A program made the translations under genes and the position numbers. DNA of 64,000 bases from an uncultured delta proteobacterium (GTDB lineage: Bacteria; Desulfobacterota; Desulfobacteria; Desulfobacterales; JAHEIW01): assembly GCA_963706575.1 (NCBI GenBank), contig CAVPNL010000004.1, positions 1 to 64,000 of the forward strand, in the 5' to 3' direction. Below, in pieces: positions 31,179 through 40,760 of the stretch (position 1 is the stretch's first letter; the number at the start of each line of letters is the position of its first letter). The notes under the pieces were generated by a model. That model saw only the letters and a list, made by a program, of their open reading frames with translations, had not been told where the DNA came from and made no database searches.

Positions 31179-31193
31179 GCAATCCATGTGCCA
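31179..31193 (-). promoter_or_regulatory. Sigma-54 (-24/-12) promoter
   Basis: Minus strand TGGCAC-ATGGA-TTGC, exact consensus spacing, about 50 nt upstream of ATG 31128. Confidence 0.8.
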
Positions 31194-31531
31194 AAGGGGC
31201 ACACCCCTCCCATGTTTCCCTCTAACATCATTAAATTATTAAATATTTTTCTATTGTGATTATAGATCGATACAAAAGTCCGACTCTGAATAATGTAGAA
31301 ATATCCTACATCCCGCAAATCAGACAAACCTATTTTTGCGCCAATTCCATTAAATATATATTATTTTCATATAGTTATAAACATGTTGAATTTTCCACCA
31401 TTGAATTTGGATATTCCAACAGTTGCTATCTTTTTTATTTCCTGATATGTGCCTGTGTCTTGCGGGAAGATAAAGTTGCAATCCAGTTTTACTGTTTTAT
31501 GATATTTGAAAACCCGGAAAGGAGAGAAAAA

Positions 31532-32002
31532 ATGAATTTTGAGGACATAGAGGCGATAATTGACTTTGCGATTGAAAAAGAACGCGAAGCGGCAGAGTTC
31601 TATGAAAGTATAAGTAAAGATGAGGAAGACTTTTCAGGCTCCAAGCAAATGTTTGCAGAATTTGCCGTTGAAGAGCAGAAACATGAAAAAATACTGCAGG
31701 ATTTTAAAACCAAGGGAATATCCAAAAGCCTGGAAGATTATCAGCTAAAATGGATCACCGATATAAAGCGCAGCGATTATATGGTTGATTTGAGCTACGA
31801 GAAAGGCATGCCTTACAATGAAATCCTGTTGCTGGCCATGAAGCGCGAAGAAAAAGCGCTCAAACTGTATAACGACTTCCTCGAAAAAGCCGATACGGAC
31901 GAGAGCAAAAAGCTGTTTAAAGTGCTCTGTCAGGAAGAAGCCAAACACAAGTTGGCGCTGGAAACCATCTATGATGACTATATGGCCAAAATGGGCGACT
32001 AG
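31532..32002 (+). CDS. Rubrerythrin/ferritin-like diiron protein
   Basis: FAIEKE...FY, EEQKH, AMKREE...LY, EEAKH; AAGGAG RBS before ATG 31532. Confidence 0.88.
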   Translation: MNFEDIEAIIDFAIEKEREAAEFYESISKDEEDFSGSKQMFAEFAVEEQKHEKILQDFKTKGISKSLEDYQLKWITDIKRSDYMVDLSYEKGMPYNEILLLAMKREEKALKLYNDFLEKADTDESKKLFKVLCQEEAKHKLALETIYDDYMAKMGD

Positions 32003-32010
32003 CTTTTTAT

Positions 32011-32040
32011 TTTAGATTTTGGATTGCGGATTGCGGATTT
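32011..32040. repeat. 7-mer GATTGCG-type tandem repeat
   Basis: tttagattttggattgcggattgcggattt; same family as 4039-4071 and 44302-44391. Confidence 0.75.
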
Positions 32041-32045
32041 TATAT

Positions 32046-33395
32046 CTAATCAGTGTTTTTAAGTTTCTGGCAGCCGGTGCGGTCTGAAATGATATCTTTC
32101 AGCTTTTTTCCCAGAACGGAATAGGAATAGTATTTTCGGGCGGTTTCATAATTATGGGTGACCATTTTTTTTCTCAGTTCGGGGTCGGTTAAAACTTTTT
32201 TGGTTTTGCGAACCGCTTCATCGGTGACATATCCGTCGATTTCGATGACCGAAAAGCCTTTGGGTTTGATGTCGATGGTGTATATGGAATACGTATTGAC
32301 GACAATCGGGCGGCAGAAGTACATGGCTTCAAGAAAAGCATTGCCAAATCCCTCAAAATTCGAAGGATACGTTATCAGATCCGCATGCGGATAGATATCT
32401 TCCAGGGTATAAACCTTGCGCCCGTTCTTGGTTTTGCCCCTTTGCTCATTGATGATATTTGACACAAAATACGTATCGACTTTCAACAACTTGGAATATT
32501 CCCTCACCCGGCGCTCATAGTCATAGCCTTCGTCTCCGGACGCATGGGAGATGACGAGCTTGGCTTTCATCCCCAAACGATGAACCAGCTCAATTGCATG
32601 CTCGATCCCTTTACGCTTGACCACTCGCGTGGGTTGCAGAATTAGCAATTCATCATCGGCAACCCCCAGCGCGTGGCGCACATCCGCCGCATATTCATCG
32701 CTCGACGATGGTTTTTCACCTGAATCCAATGCGCAGGACTCAAAATTTCCCGTCACCGGAGGCGGATTATCAAAATCCATAACATTGGGTATTATTGTTG
32801 CTGAAATACCGGTCCGCAGGCTCAATTGATTGTCGGCGGATGAATTGATGACCACGTGCGAAATCGCCGGCAGATGCGGCGGAAACGCCATATTCAGATA
32901 TTCCCAGCAGGCATTGATCATGAAATGCTGTCTTTCCCAGAAAAAATCATGATGGTGCGCAATGGTGGGCATGCCCGTCTCAGAAATCACTTCGGTAAGC
33001 GCAATACCCAATGGAATATTTAAAGGTATGGTCAACGCATTTTCGGACACCAAGAGATCAAGGTCAAACTTGTCTATAAACTTGTAAAGGTGATCCTTTA
33101 ATTTCTGCTTTACCTCATAGATTTTACGGGTCACAAAGCGGGCGCGCACGCTGGCACCAAAACAGTTCCGATATATATCCTTCACATCCGGATGCTGAAA
33201 ATGGGCTTCCTTGGCCGGATAGGAATTCTCGGTGGGCCGATCAAGCTCACCGGCAAAGTAAAAACAGGTGAACCCGACCTTCTCAAAGACATTTGCCCAT
33301 TTGGCTGTCTCTAACGATACGCCGTCAGTCCCGGCAAAACGTGTGGAGATGAATCCAACATTATGATGCTTCCCGCAGGATGAACAATAGGACAT
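32046..33395 (-). CDS. GT4 glycosyltransferase (mannosylglucosylglycerate synthase-like)
   Basis: GTDGVSLE, HHHDFFWER, PTRVVKRKGIE, YPSNFEGFGNA. Confidence 0.85.
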   Translation of the reverse strand: MSYCSSCGKHHNVGFISTRFAGTDGVSLETAKWANVFEKVGFTCFYFAGELDRPTENSYPAKEAHFQHPDVKDIYRNCFGASVRARFVTRKIYEVKQKLKDHLYKFIDKFDLDLLVSENALTIPLNIPLGIALTEVISETGMPTIAHHHDFFWERQHFMINACWEYLNMAFPPHLPAISHVVINSSADNQLSLRTGISATIIPNVMDFDNPPPVTGNFESCALDSGEKPSSSDEYAADVRHALGVADDELLILQPTRVVKRKGIEHAIELVHRLGMKAKLVISHASGDEGYDYERRVREYSKLLKVDTYFVSNIINEQRGKTKNGRKVYTLEDIYPHADLITYPSNFEGFGNAFLEAMYFCRPIVVNTYSIYTIDIKPKGFSVIEIDGYVTDEAVRKTKKVLTDPELRKKMVTHNYETARKYYSYSVLGKKLKDIISDRTGCQKLKNTD

Positions 33396-33420
33396 ATTTA
33401 ATACCTTTGTATTTGTTTGT

Positions 33421-33981
33421 CTAGACCTGATGGTATCGAAAACAGTCCACCACATGATCATTTACCATGCCGGCTGCCTGCATAAAGGCATAACAGATAG
33501 TCGGTCCCACGAACTTGAAACCTCTTTTTTTAAGATCTTTGCTCATCGCCGCTGAGACGTTTGTCTGAGCGGGTATTTCCGCCATCGTTTTCCAGGCATT
33601 CTTGATGGTTTTACCGCCGGCAAATCGCCAGATGTAATCATTAAAACTTCCAAATTCTTTTTGTACGACCAGAAAAGCCCTCGCATTTTTAACGGCAGAT
33701 TCAATTTTAAGCTTATTTCTGACAATGCCTTTATCCGAAAGCAACTCCTTTACCTTACGCAAATTGTAGTCCGCTATTTTTCCAGGGTCAAAATGATCAA
33801 ACGCTTTGCGGTAGTTGGGCCGTTTTTTTAAAATCGTAATCCAACTCAATCCGGCCTGAAAGCCATCCAGCACAAGAAACTCAAACAGTTTGCGGTCATC
33901 ATGCAGGGGAACGCCCCATTCGGTATCGTGGTATTTTATGTATATCGGATCGGTCCCGGCCCATGTGCATCTTATTTTCAT
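33421..33981 (-). CDS. tag: DNA-3-methyladenine glycosylase I
   Basis: RCTW, YHDTEWG, QAGLSW, FVGPT, NDH..C. Confidence 0.95.
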   Translation of the reverse strand: MKIRCTWAGTDPIYIKYHDTEWGVPLHDDRKLFEFLVLDGFQAGLSWITILKKRPNYRKAFDHFDPGKIADYNLRKVKELLSDKGIVRNKLKIESAVKNARAFLVVQKEFGSFNDYIWRFAGGKTIKNAWKTMAEIPAQTNVSAAMSKDLKKRGFKFVGPTICYAFMQAAGMVNDHVVDCFRYHQV

Positions 33982-34011
33982 AAGGTCAAATTCTTACCGG
34001 AAGGTGGTGGC

Positions 34012-34035
34012 TAGAAGTGGTTTCAAAACCCCATC
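34012..34035 (+). mobile_element. IS/MITE-like terminal repeat
   Basis: TAGAAGTGGTTTCAAAACCCCATC; 23/24 identical inverted copy at 63899-63922. Confidence 0.5.
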
Positions 34036-34093
34036 CGAGCCCAATGGTCCGCCGAAGGCGGATTGACATGATTTTGGGAACCCAAGAACACGG

Positions 34094-34570
34094 TCAACTG
34101 AAAAGATAGAAACCCAGTGCCTTATCAACGGTTTCAAAAGGCGCAAATTCAGCGCCGATAAACTGATCACGCTGATTTTTTATGATGACTGTTTTTTTGA
34201 TCAATGTTCGCTGCGCATCGTCTAAATGGAACTCAATTTGCATCTGATCTCCGATCATAAAGTTCTGTTTTACATTCAAATGAAGTTTTACGCCGGACGT
34301 AGACAGATCTTTAATCGTCATTAGACCCCGGCTCTGGGGTTGGCCCTCAATGAAATGGACATAAGTCCCGGGAAGGTTTGCCTCTTTACGATATTGCTTT
34401 CTTTTTTCCAAAACGGCTTTGTAAGCATTCCCGCAAGGGCATTTGACGCTTACCCTGACAATTTTATCAAGGGACGCATATTTGGAAACATCGACAGTTT
34501 TCGACCGGTTGCACTGTGGGCAGGTAAAGGTCGCCATCTGTTTGCTGGTTACATAAACTTTTGAAGTCAT
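34094..34570 (-). CDS. Zn-ribbon + PilZ domain protein
   Basis: CPQC...CPCG; RKQYR and DLSTSG c-di-GMP-binding motifs. Confidence 0.88.
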   Translation of the reverse strand: MTSKVYVTSKQMATFTCPQCNRSKTVDVSKYASLDKIVRVSVKCPCGNAYKAVLEKRKQYRKEANLPGTYVHFIEGQPQSRGLMTIKDLSTSGVKLHLNVKQNFMIGDQMQIEFHLDDAQRTLIKKTVIIKNQRDQFIGAEFAPFETVDKALGFYLFS

Positions 34571-34904
34571 ATGATTGAACCTGGATAACGCTCATTTTGG
34601 GTTTAGCTAGATTTTTATCATAGAATCCCGGTTTTTCAAAGTGATATTTGCGCCTTAGCCACGAAGCGGGAAACAATTGGATGCCGCGCAATCCCTGCAT
34701 CCGGAACAGCTGCAAAACTTTGTTTGAATAAATTGCAAATATTGAGGAACGGCAAACTGTGTAACAGCAGCTCTTTAGAATGAGTTCTTCTTGCGAAGCC
34801 AATAAAGATAGACTTTTATTTATTGACTTTAGATCGCTTTTACTATAGACTTTTAGAAAAAAATGACCCAAAATAAATCTTACCATCTAAAGAAGGAGGC
34901 TTAA

Positions 34905-35177
34905 ATGACCAAAGCAGAATTAATCAGCAAAATGGCAAAAGACGCGAAGATTTCGAAAGTCGCCGCAGGCAACGTTCTTGATTCTTTCGTGAGCAATGTT
35001 ACCAAAGCGTTGAAGAAAAAGAGCGGAAAAGTCACTCTGGTGGGTTTTGGAACCTTTAAGAAAGCGCGCCAGAACGCTCGTAAAGGCCGCAATCCCCAGA
35101 CCGGTGCCCCAATTAAAATCAAGGCAAAAAATGTTGTTAAATTTAAAGCCGGCAAGGGATTGAAAGCTGCCATCTAA
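34905..35177 (+). CDS. hup: HU DNA-binding protein
   Basis: MTKAELI, LVGFGTF, GRNPQTG, KFKAGK. Confidence 0.95.
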   Translation: MTKAELISKMAKDAKISKVAAGNVLDSFVSNVTKALKKKSGKVTLVGFGTFKKARQNARKGRNPQTGAPIKIKAKNVVKFKAGKGLKAAI

Positions 35178-35191
35178 CACAATTTGTGATC

Positions 35192-35240
35192 AAAAAAGGC
35201 AGTTTATCGGTAACAGTGATGCTGATAAACTGCCTTTTTT
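35192..35240 (+). terminator. Intrinsic terminator after hup
   Basis: AAAAAAGGCAGTTTATC...GATAAACTGCCTTTTTT perfect stem. Confidence 0.85.
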
Positions 35241-35418
35241 ATTGGTCGCGGCCAAAACGCATTTGCTTTCCTTGCATATGCAAGCGATGGCGGAAATGCT
35301 GTTATTTCTTTTTGGCCCGCACGGGGTGATTTCTCTTTGGTCGCCATAATTTTTTCTAGAACCCATCTCAAAATTGGTTTTGATAAAAACGGCAACTGGA
35401 AATTGGAGGGCATCAAAA

Positions 35419-35733
35419 GTGGGCACCGAGCATCCGCAAAATCAGGAAGGCCTTCTTGAAGAGATTAAAGAAAAAATTACTGAACCCCCGATGTATAAGG
35501 TGCTGCTTCACAATGATGATTATACGACAAAGGCCTTTGTCGTCGAAATCATGACGGCCGTTTTCAACAAATCCATTGAAGATGCCACGCGTCTCATGTG
35601 GCAGATACATCGAAATGGCCTCGGCGTGTGCGGAATTTATCCATACGAATTGGCCGAAACGAAAATAAATATCGTGACAAAAGCCGCCCGCGAAAATGGT
35701 TTCCCGCTCAAAGCAACGATGGAAAAAGAATAG
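35419..35733 (+). CDS. clpS: ATP-dependent Clp protease adaptor
   Basis: PPMYKVLLHNDDYT, FVV, IH..G.GVCG.Y, FPLK; GTG start after GGAGG. Confidence 0.93.
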   Translation: MGTEHPQNQEGLLEEIKEKITEPPMYKVLLHNDDYTTKAFVVEIMTAVFNKSIEDATRLMWQIHRNGLGVCGIYPYELAETKINIVTKAARENGFPLKATMEKE

Positions 35734-35792
35734 AACCCATCTCAAAAATGTTGTCGAAAATGTTGTTAAGTCCTGAGGCGTTCTACCCATCC

Positions 35793-35857
35793 GTCATTCC
35801 CGCGCAGGCGGGAATCCAGGCGTCTTTGAGCTGGACTCCCGCCTGCGCAGGAGTGAC
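35793..35857. repeat. REP-like palindromic element (ATTCCC-N8-GGGAAT core)
   Basis: GTCATTCCCGCGCAGGCGGGAATCCAG...CTGGACTCCCGCCTGCGCAGGAGTGAC; related copy at 56777-56832. Confidence 0.85.
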
Positions 35858-35909
35858 AATCATTTTGTAAATTATTTGCGGGACACGACACTAGCGAAAG
35901 GACCCCCAT

Positions 35910-36173
35910 ATGACGACATTAAATGAAGGTGACATTCTGACAAAGACTGTCAGATATAATCTTATTCGCAACGAAAGATTAATTTATATTGATGTACACG
36001 AAACAAAGGCTGGAAAGCTGGCTGGAAAATTTGTGGCCGTGCCCAATCTGATAAATATCGTTGCCAGGCAGGAATTCCAGGGCATCGGTGATACGGAGAC
36101 CGCAGCGCTGGAAAACTGCTTGCAGAAAATAAAGGATTTTGAAATCGAAGACCTTTTCCCCAAAAATGAATGA
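35910..36173 (+). CDS. Hypothetical protein
   Basis: 87 aa, AAAGGA RBS, fills the intergenic space. Confidence 0.65.
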   Translation: MTTLNEGDILTKTVRYNLIRNERLIYIDVHETKAGKLAGKFVAVPNLINIVARQEFQGIGDTETAALENCLQKIKDFEIEDLFPKNE

Positions 36174-36605
36174 TTAAGTTATTATTTTGGTAATCTTGGG
36201 CTGGTAGGCATTCTTTTTGGCCATTTTATTGGCACGGGCTTTGATGATAAACAACGCGGAGAAAAAAAAGGCAAATCCCAAAAGGACGGACAACGCAGAG
36301 GGACTAAATGCTATGAAGGGGGCCAGCACCTGTCCGAGTACAGCGCCAGCGATCATCAGGATAATTGGAAATACGTAGATCAAAAAGGTGGCTTTTAACA
36401 GTGAGGCGGTCTCAAAGCTCAAAACGATCCGATCCCCGACGCCGGCACCGGCTGAATTTATGGCCTTAACCTCCATATCCTGGCCGCCTCCTGTGGTGTG
36501 ACACGACCCCCTTGCGGTGCAGCCTTCACATGCGCTGCTCCGAACCGTTTTTACCCAGGCGGTCTCAAAATCGGTTCGCAGAACGACCCCTTGTTCAGTA
36601 GCCAA
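36174..36605 (-). CDS. rseC: RseC/MucC (SoxR-reducing system) family protein
   Basis: ATEQGVV, RSSACEGC..RGSC, GAGVGD.I, Y.FP, two TM; TTG start assumed. Confidence 0.85.
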   Translation of the reverse strand: MATEQGVVLRTDFETAWVKTVRSSACEGCTARGSCHTTGGGQDMEVKAINSAGAGVGDRIVLSFETASLLKATFLIYVFPIILMIAGAVLGQVLAPFIAFSPSALSVLLGFAFFFSALFIIKARANKMAKKNAYQPKITKIIT

Positions 36606-36654
36606 TGGCAACCCCGTAAATGAATGGGTTCTTTTGTTTAGAAGCGGATGAAAG

Positions 36655-38763
36655 TTATCCGGAGGCTTCAGTCGATTCTTCCTTCTCATCAGACACTGCG
36701 GTTGCGGTGTGCTCATAGCAGATCAAGCCGCATTGCAGGCACCTTGAGGCTTCTTGCTGCGCCATATCTGCTGAGAAGCCCCTTTCGATCTCACCGCATA
36801 TCGCCAGCTCTTTGCCGCTGCAAATCGGCATGATCTGTCGCTGACTCGCTTGAACCTTTTCCACATGATAGACATTTTGCAGGACCGATTGCGGTGTGAT
36901 CACATGCTCCGCCAAATTAGGCGACAGCCCATGCATCACCTGATGAATAGATGCGGCGGCCCTTCGGCCGGCACCGATTGCTTTGATGGCTGCGCTGTAA
37001 TCCGCCAGCACATCGCCTTCGGCAAACAATCCCCGCTCATCTTTGAAGGCCGTTTGTTTATAGGGTTGAATACCTTCCCAGCGCAGAGACAAATCCGGTG
37101 GTGTTTCCACTTCCGCCCCCTGGTCTTCTTCAGAACCAGCACCTTCCGGTTTTGGCCTGATAAAAACCAATTCTGGAAATCGGCCGGTGGCAAACACCAG
37201 TGTCTGGACAGGAAGGACTGTCCTTTCATCGGTATCGGTTTCAATATATTCCACCTGCTCGAGCCGATCGGCCTCTCCGAAAAGGCGGTTTATGGCTGCA
37301 TTATAAATCACATTCACGCCGGCCAGACCGCGTTTCTGCACCTCATCATCCGAAACAGGACTGTTTTCCCAGCTCTGGCGAAACAAAACAGTAATCGTCT
37401 TGGCTCCCCGCTCTTTGAGAATTTCAGCCGCGTCAAGGGCCAGCTTGCCCCCGCCGGCAATCACAGCATCGGACTCAATCGATAGGGTCTTCGCCTGCCG
37501 GGTACCGAATCGAATGAGATCCACCAGCATATAGGTCCCCGGAATCGGTGATTCAATATCAGCTTTCGCCCCGCGTGCCAAACGGCTGTCCCAGCCTCCG
37601 GAAGCTAAAAAAACCGCATCAAATCCTTCCTGAATCAATGATTTTATGGAAAACTCCCTGCCGAGCGCCTTTTGAGTTTCGATTTTAACCCCCATTTCAA
37701 TGATACCTTCAATATCCCAATCCAGTATCTCCTCGGGCAGCCTATCCTTTGAAATGGCGCTCCGGAGCAATCCACCCAGCTTGGAGGTGGCTTCAAATAC
37801 GGTGGTAGCGTGTCCCAGGCGGGCTGCAAAAAAGGCGGTCGACAAACCTTGCACGCCGCCGCCGACAACTGCGATCCTGCGGTCGGTATCCGGAGCCTTA
37901 TAGGGTAGAATGCGGTTGCCGCTTTCTTTTTCGTAATCAGCGGCGTAGCGTTTTAAAAAATTTATGGCAACCGGCTCATCAATATAATTTCGTCGGCACT
38001 CCAGTTCACAGGGTCGCGGGCAAATCCGGCCGATCACCGCCGGGAAGGGATTGCGTTCCTTGATGACCTGAACGGCGCGATGATTGTTTCCCAGTGAAAT
38101 TTGACGAATGTATTCCCGAATATTAATCCCGGCCGGGCACCCCCGCTGACAGGGGGTCGTGCATTCTTCATTGGTGTACTCCCGGATAATTCTTCGGGTA
38201 ATCGATGACAGGTTGATAATGTGCTTCGGGCACACCCGTTCGCAGGTTCCGCAGCCGGTACATTTATTTTCGCTTACCACCGGCAAACCCTCGGGCCCCA
38301 TGGAAATCGCATCAAACGGACAGGCTTTGGCGCATGTTCCCAGACCCAGGCATCCGATGGTGCAGACTTTCATACCGCCACCCAGCAGCGCCACCGCCCG
38401 GCAGTCATCTAAACCATTATACACATACTTGGTATCCGCTTTGTGGACGCCAAAAAAACAGCCCGGCAAGGCGATGTCCGGTTCAACCGCTTCAATTTTA
38501 ACGCCCATGATGCCGGCAATGGCTTCGGCGACTTCCGACCCGGCGGCCACACATGAGTTGGCTGCCGAAAGACCGGCCACAACGGCTTCGGCATTGGCGC
38601 TGCAACCCGGCAGCCCGCAACCGCCTCAGTTGGCGCCCGGCAATTCTTCCTCAATAGCAATGATCTTAGGATCAACATATACGTAAAAAACTTTGGAGGC
38701 GATGGCCAAAATGATACTGATCGCCAATCCCATGCCGCCCATTAAAATAATTGCTTCAGTCAT
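36655..38763 (-). CDS. rnfB: RnfB-like membrane-anchored polyferredoxin fused to a GltD/NfnB-like flavoprotein, selenocysteine-containing (Sec46), 702 aa
   Basis: ATG 38763: TM helix, DPKI...LPGAN-TGA(38626-38628)-GGCGLPGC in frame; TGA at the first Cys of the RnfB NCxxCGxxGC motif; hairpin GCTGC-CGGGTT-GCAGC follows; CLGLGTCAKACP, CTGCGTC; then PCQRGCPAG, GRICPRPCE, GGGVQGL, AIGAGRRAA, EASRCLQCG. Confidence 0.88.
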
Positions 38764-38823
38764 TAGAACCCCTTGGGAGAGTAAATTTAAAGTGAGCTAA
38801 AATGCTTATAGTTGATTTGTTTA

Positions 38824-38902
38824 TTCACCCCAGAGCACACAGAGAAAAAATTAACTTAGATTTTGTGCTCTAAAATTAAATCTCTGTGGTCTCTGTGGTA
38901 AA
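38824..38902. repeat. Inverted 9-mer tandem repeat element (CACAGAG family)
   Basis: cccagagcacacagag ... tctctgtggtctctgtggt. Confidence 0.7.
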
Positions 38903-38912
38903 ACAAATCGAT

Positions 38913-40700
38913 TTAAAATATAGCGTCGAACTTACACTTATCAAAACAGGTCATGCATTTAATGCATTTTTCCTTATCAATAACGGCAATTTCTTTCTTT
39001 TTCCAGATGATGGCATCCACCGGGCAGCTTCGGAAGCAAAGCCCGCATTTGGTGCAGCTTTCCGGCTCAACTTCAAATTTTAACAGCTCGATGCACCGTT
39101 TGGCCGGACATCGTTTCTCATGGACATGCGCCTCATATTCATCCCTGAAATACCGTAAGGTTGAAAGAACCGGATTGGGCCCGGTCTGACCCAGGCCGCA
39201 AAGCGCTGCCTCTTTAATCGTGTCTGAAAGTTCGAAGAGCGTTTCAATATCTTCAGGTCTTCCCCGACCCTCACAGATTTTTTCCAGCAGTTCTAAAAGG
39301 CGCCGCGTCCCCTCCCGGCAGGGTGTGCATTTACCGCAGGATTCGTCCTGGACAAAATCCATAAAAAATCGGGCCATATCGACCATGCAGGTATTATCGT
39401 CCATAACGATTGCGCCGCCGGAACCCATAATGGCACCGACTTTGGCAATTTCCTCATAGTCAATGGGGATATCCAGATGTTCTTCGGGCACGCAACCGCC
39501 CGAAGGCCCACCAAGCTGAACTGCTTTAAACTTTCTCTTTCCCGGGACTCCCCCGCCGATATCATAAATCATCCTTCTCAGGGTGGTTCCCATCGGCACT
39601 TCAACCAACCCGATGTTGTTCACATCTCCGGAAAGCGCAAACACTTTAGTCCCTTTGCTGCTTTCGGTACCGATGCTGGCATACCATTCCCCGCCGTTCA
39701 TGATAATCTGCGCAATATTGGATAGGGTTTCGACATTATTTAAAATCGTCGGCTTTTCCCATAGCCCTTTATGGGCCGGAAACGGCGGCCGCGGCCGCGG
39801 CATGCCGCGTTTGCCCTCAATCGATCGCATCAAGGCGGTCTCTTCACCGCAAACGAACGCACCGGCACCCTGATAAATATCAATGTCGAAGTCGAAGCCG
39901 GTTCCCAGGATATCGGTTCCCAGCAATCCGTAATCGCGGGCCTGTTTGATGGCAATTCCCAATCTTCTGATGGCCAGCGGATATTCTGTTCGCGCGTAAA
40001 TGTACCCCTGATGGGCATTAATTGCACGCGCTGCAATCAGCATGCCTTCCAAAATAGCATGCGGGTCGGATTCCAGTAGGCTTCGATCCATGAAAGCACC
40101 CGGATCACCTTCATCCGCATTGCACAACACATACTTAACCTCACTGGGGCTTTTGCTGGCAAACTCCCATTTCAGCCCGGTGGGAAAGCCCGCCCCGCCG
40201 CGCCCCCTTAAACCCGATGTTTTTACCTCGCCGATAATCTGCTCCGGGCTCATCTCCTGCAAGGCTTTGGCGGCTCCGAAATAACCGTCTCTGGCGATGT
40301 ACTCATCGATGACCTCCGGATCGATGGCACCTTTATTGCGCATCGCCCAAAACATCTGATGCTTGAAAAACGGAATTTCGTTCATACCGGGAATGGTTTC
40401 TTCAGAGGCCGGTTCGACATAAAATAGTTTTTTTACCGGACGGCCTTTGAGAAAATGCTCTTCGACCAGGTGCGGAACGTGTTTAGCCTTCAGCTTTTGG
40501 TAAAAGATCCCTTCAGGCTGAACCAGCATAACCGGCCCGACCGCGCAAAAACCGTTACAGCCGGTCTCTACGATCTTAATTTCATCCGCAAGCCCCTGGC
40601 GCTCCAGCTCTTTTTGAAGTGCTTTCCGAAGATGACCACTCTCATATGCCTGACAGCCGGTACCGCCACACAACATCAACTGGGTTCTTACCTTATTCAT
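38913..40700 (-). CDS. NuoF/HydB-like NADH-binding flavoprotein subunit
   Basis: N-terminal CGGTGC...GCNGFC; GRGGAGFPTGLKW, NADEGDPGA, GAFVCGEETAL, ESCGKCTPCREG, CGLGQ; C-terminal 2x[4Fe-4S]. Confidence 0.95.
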   Translation of the reverse strand: MNKVRTQLMLCGGTGCQAYESGHLRKALQKELERQGLADEIKIVETGCNGFCAVGPVMLVQPEGIFYQKLKAKHVPHLVEEHFLKGRPVKKLFYVEPASEETIPGMNEIPFFKHQMFWAMRNKGAIDPEVIDEYIARDGYFGAAKALQEMSPEQIIGEVKTSGLRGRGGAGFPTGLKWEFASKSPSEVKYVLCNADEGDPGAFMDRSLLESDPHAILEGMLIAARAINAHQGYIYARTEYPLAIRRLGIAIKQARDYGLLGTDILGTGFDFDIDIYQGAGAFVCGEETALMRSIEGKRGMPRPRPPFPAHKGLWEKPTILNNVETLSNIAQIIMNGGEWYASIGTESSKGTKVFALSGDVNNIGLVEVPMGTTLRRMIYDIGGGVPGKRKFKAVQLGGPSGGCVPEEHLDIPIDYEEIAKVGAIMGSGGAIVMDDNTCMVDMARFFMDFVQDESCGKCTPCREGTRRLLELLEKICEGRGRPEDIETLFELSDTIKEAALCGLGQTGPNPVLSTLRYFRDEYEAHVHEKRCPAKRCIELLKFEVEPESCTKCGLCFRSCPVDAIIWKKKEIAVIDKEKCIKCMTCFDKCKFDAIF

Positions 40701-40760
40701 CTAGACTCCTGCATGTGATGATTGACTATTTTCGATTGTCGCTCTTTACCTTATTAGCAA

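Noticed and set aside
31256..31531. Long N-terminal extension of the rubrerythrin-like ORF
   Set aside because: AT-rich divergent promoter region; a clear RBS precedes ATG 31532
35271..35284. Perfect palindrome CTTGCATATGCAAG upstream of clpS
   Set aside because: Single occurrence; no regulator can be assigned
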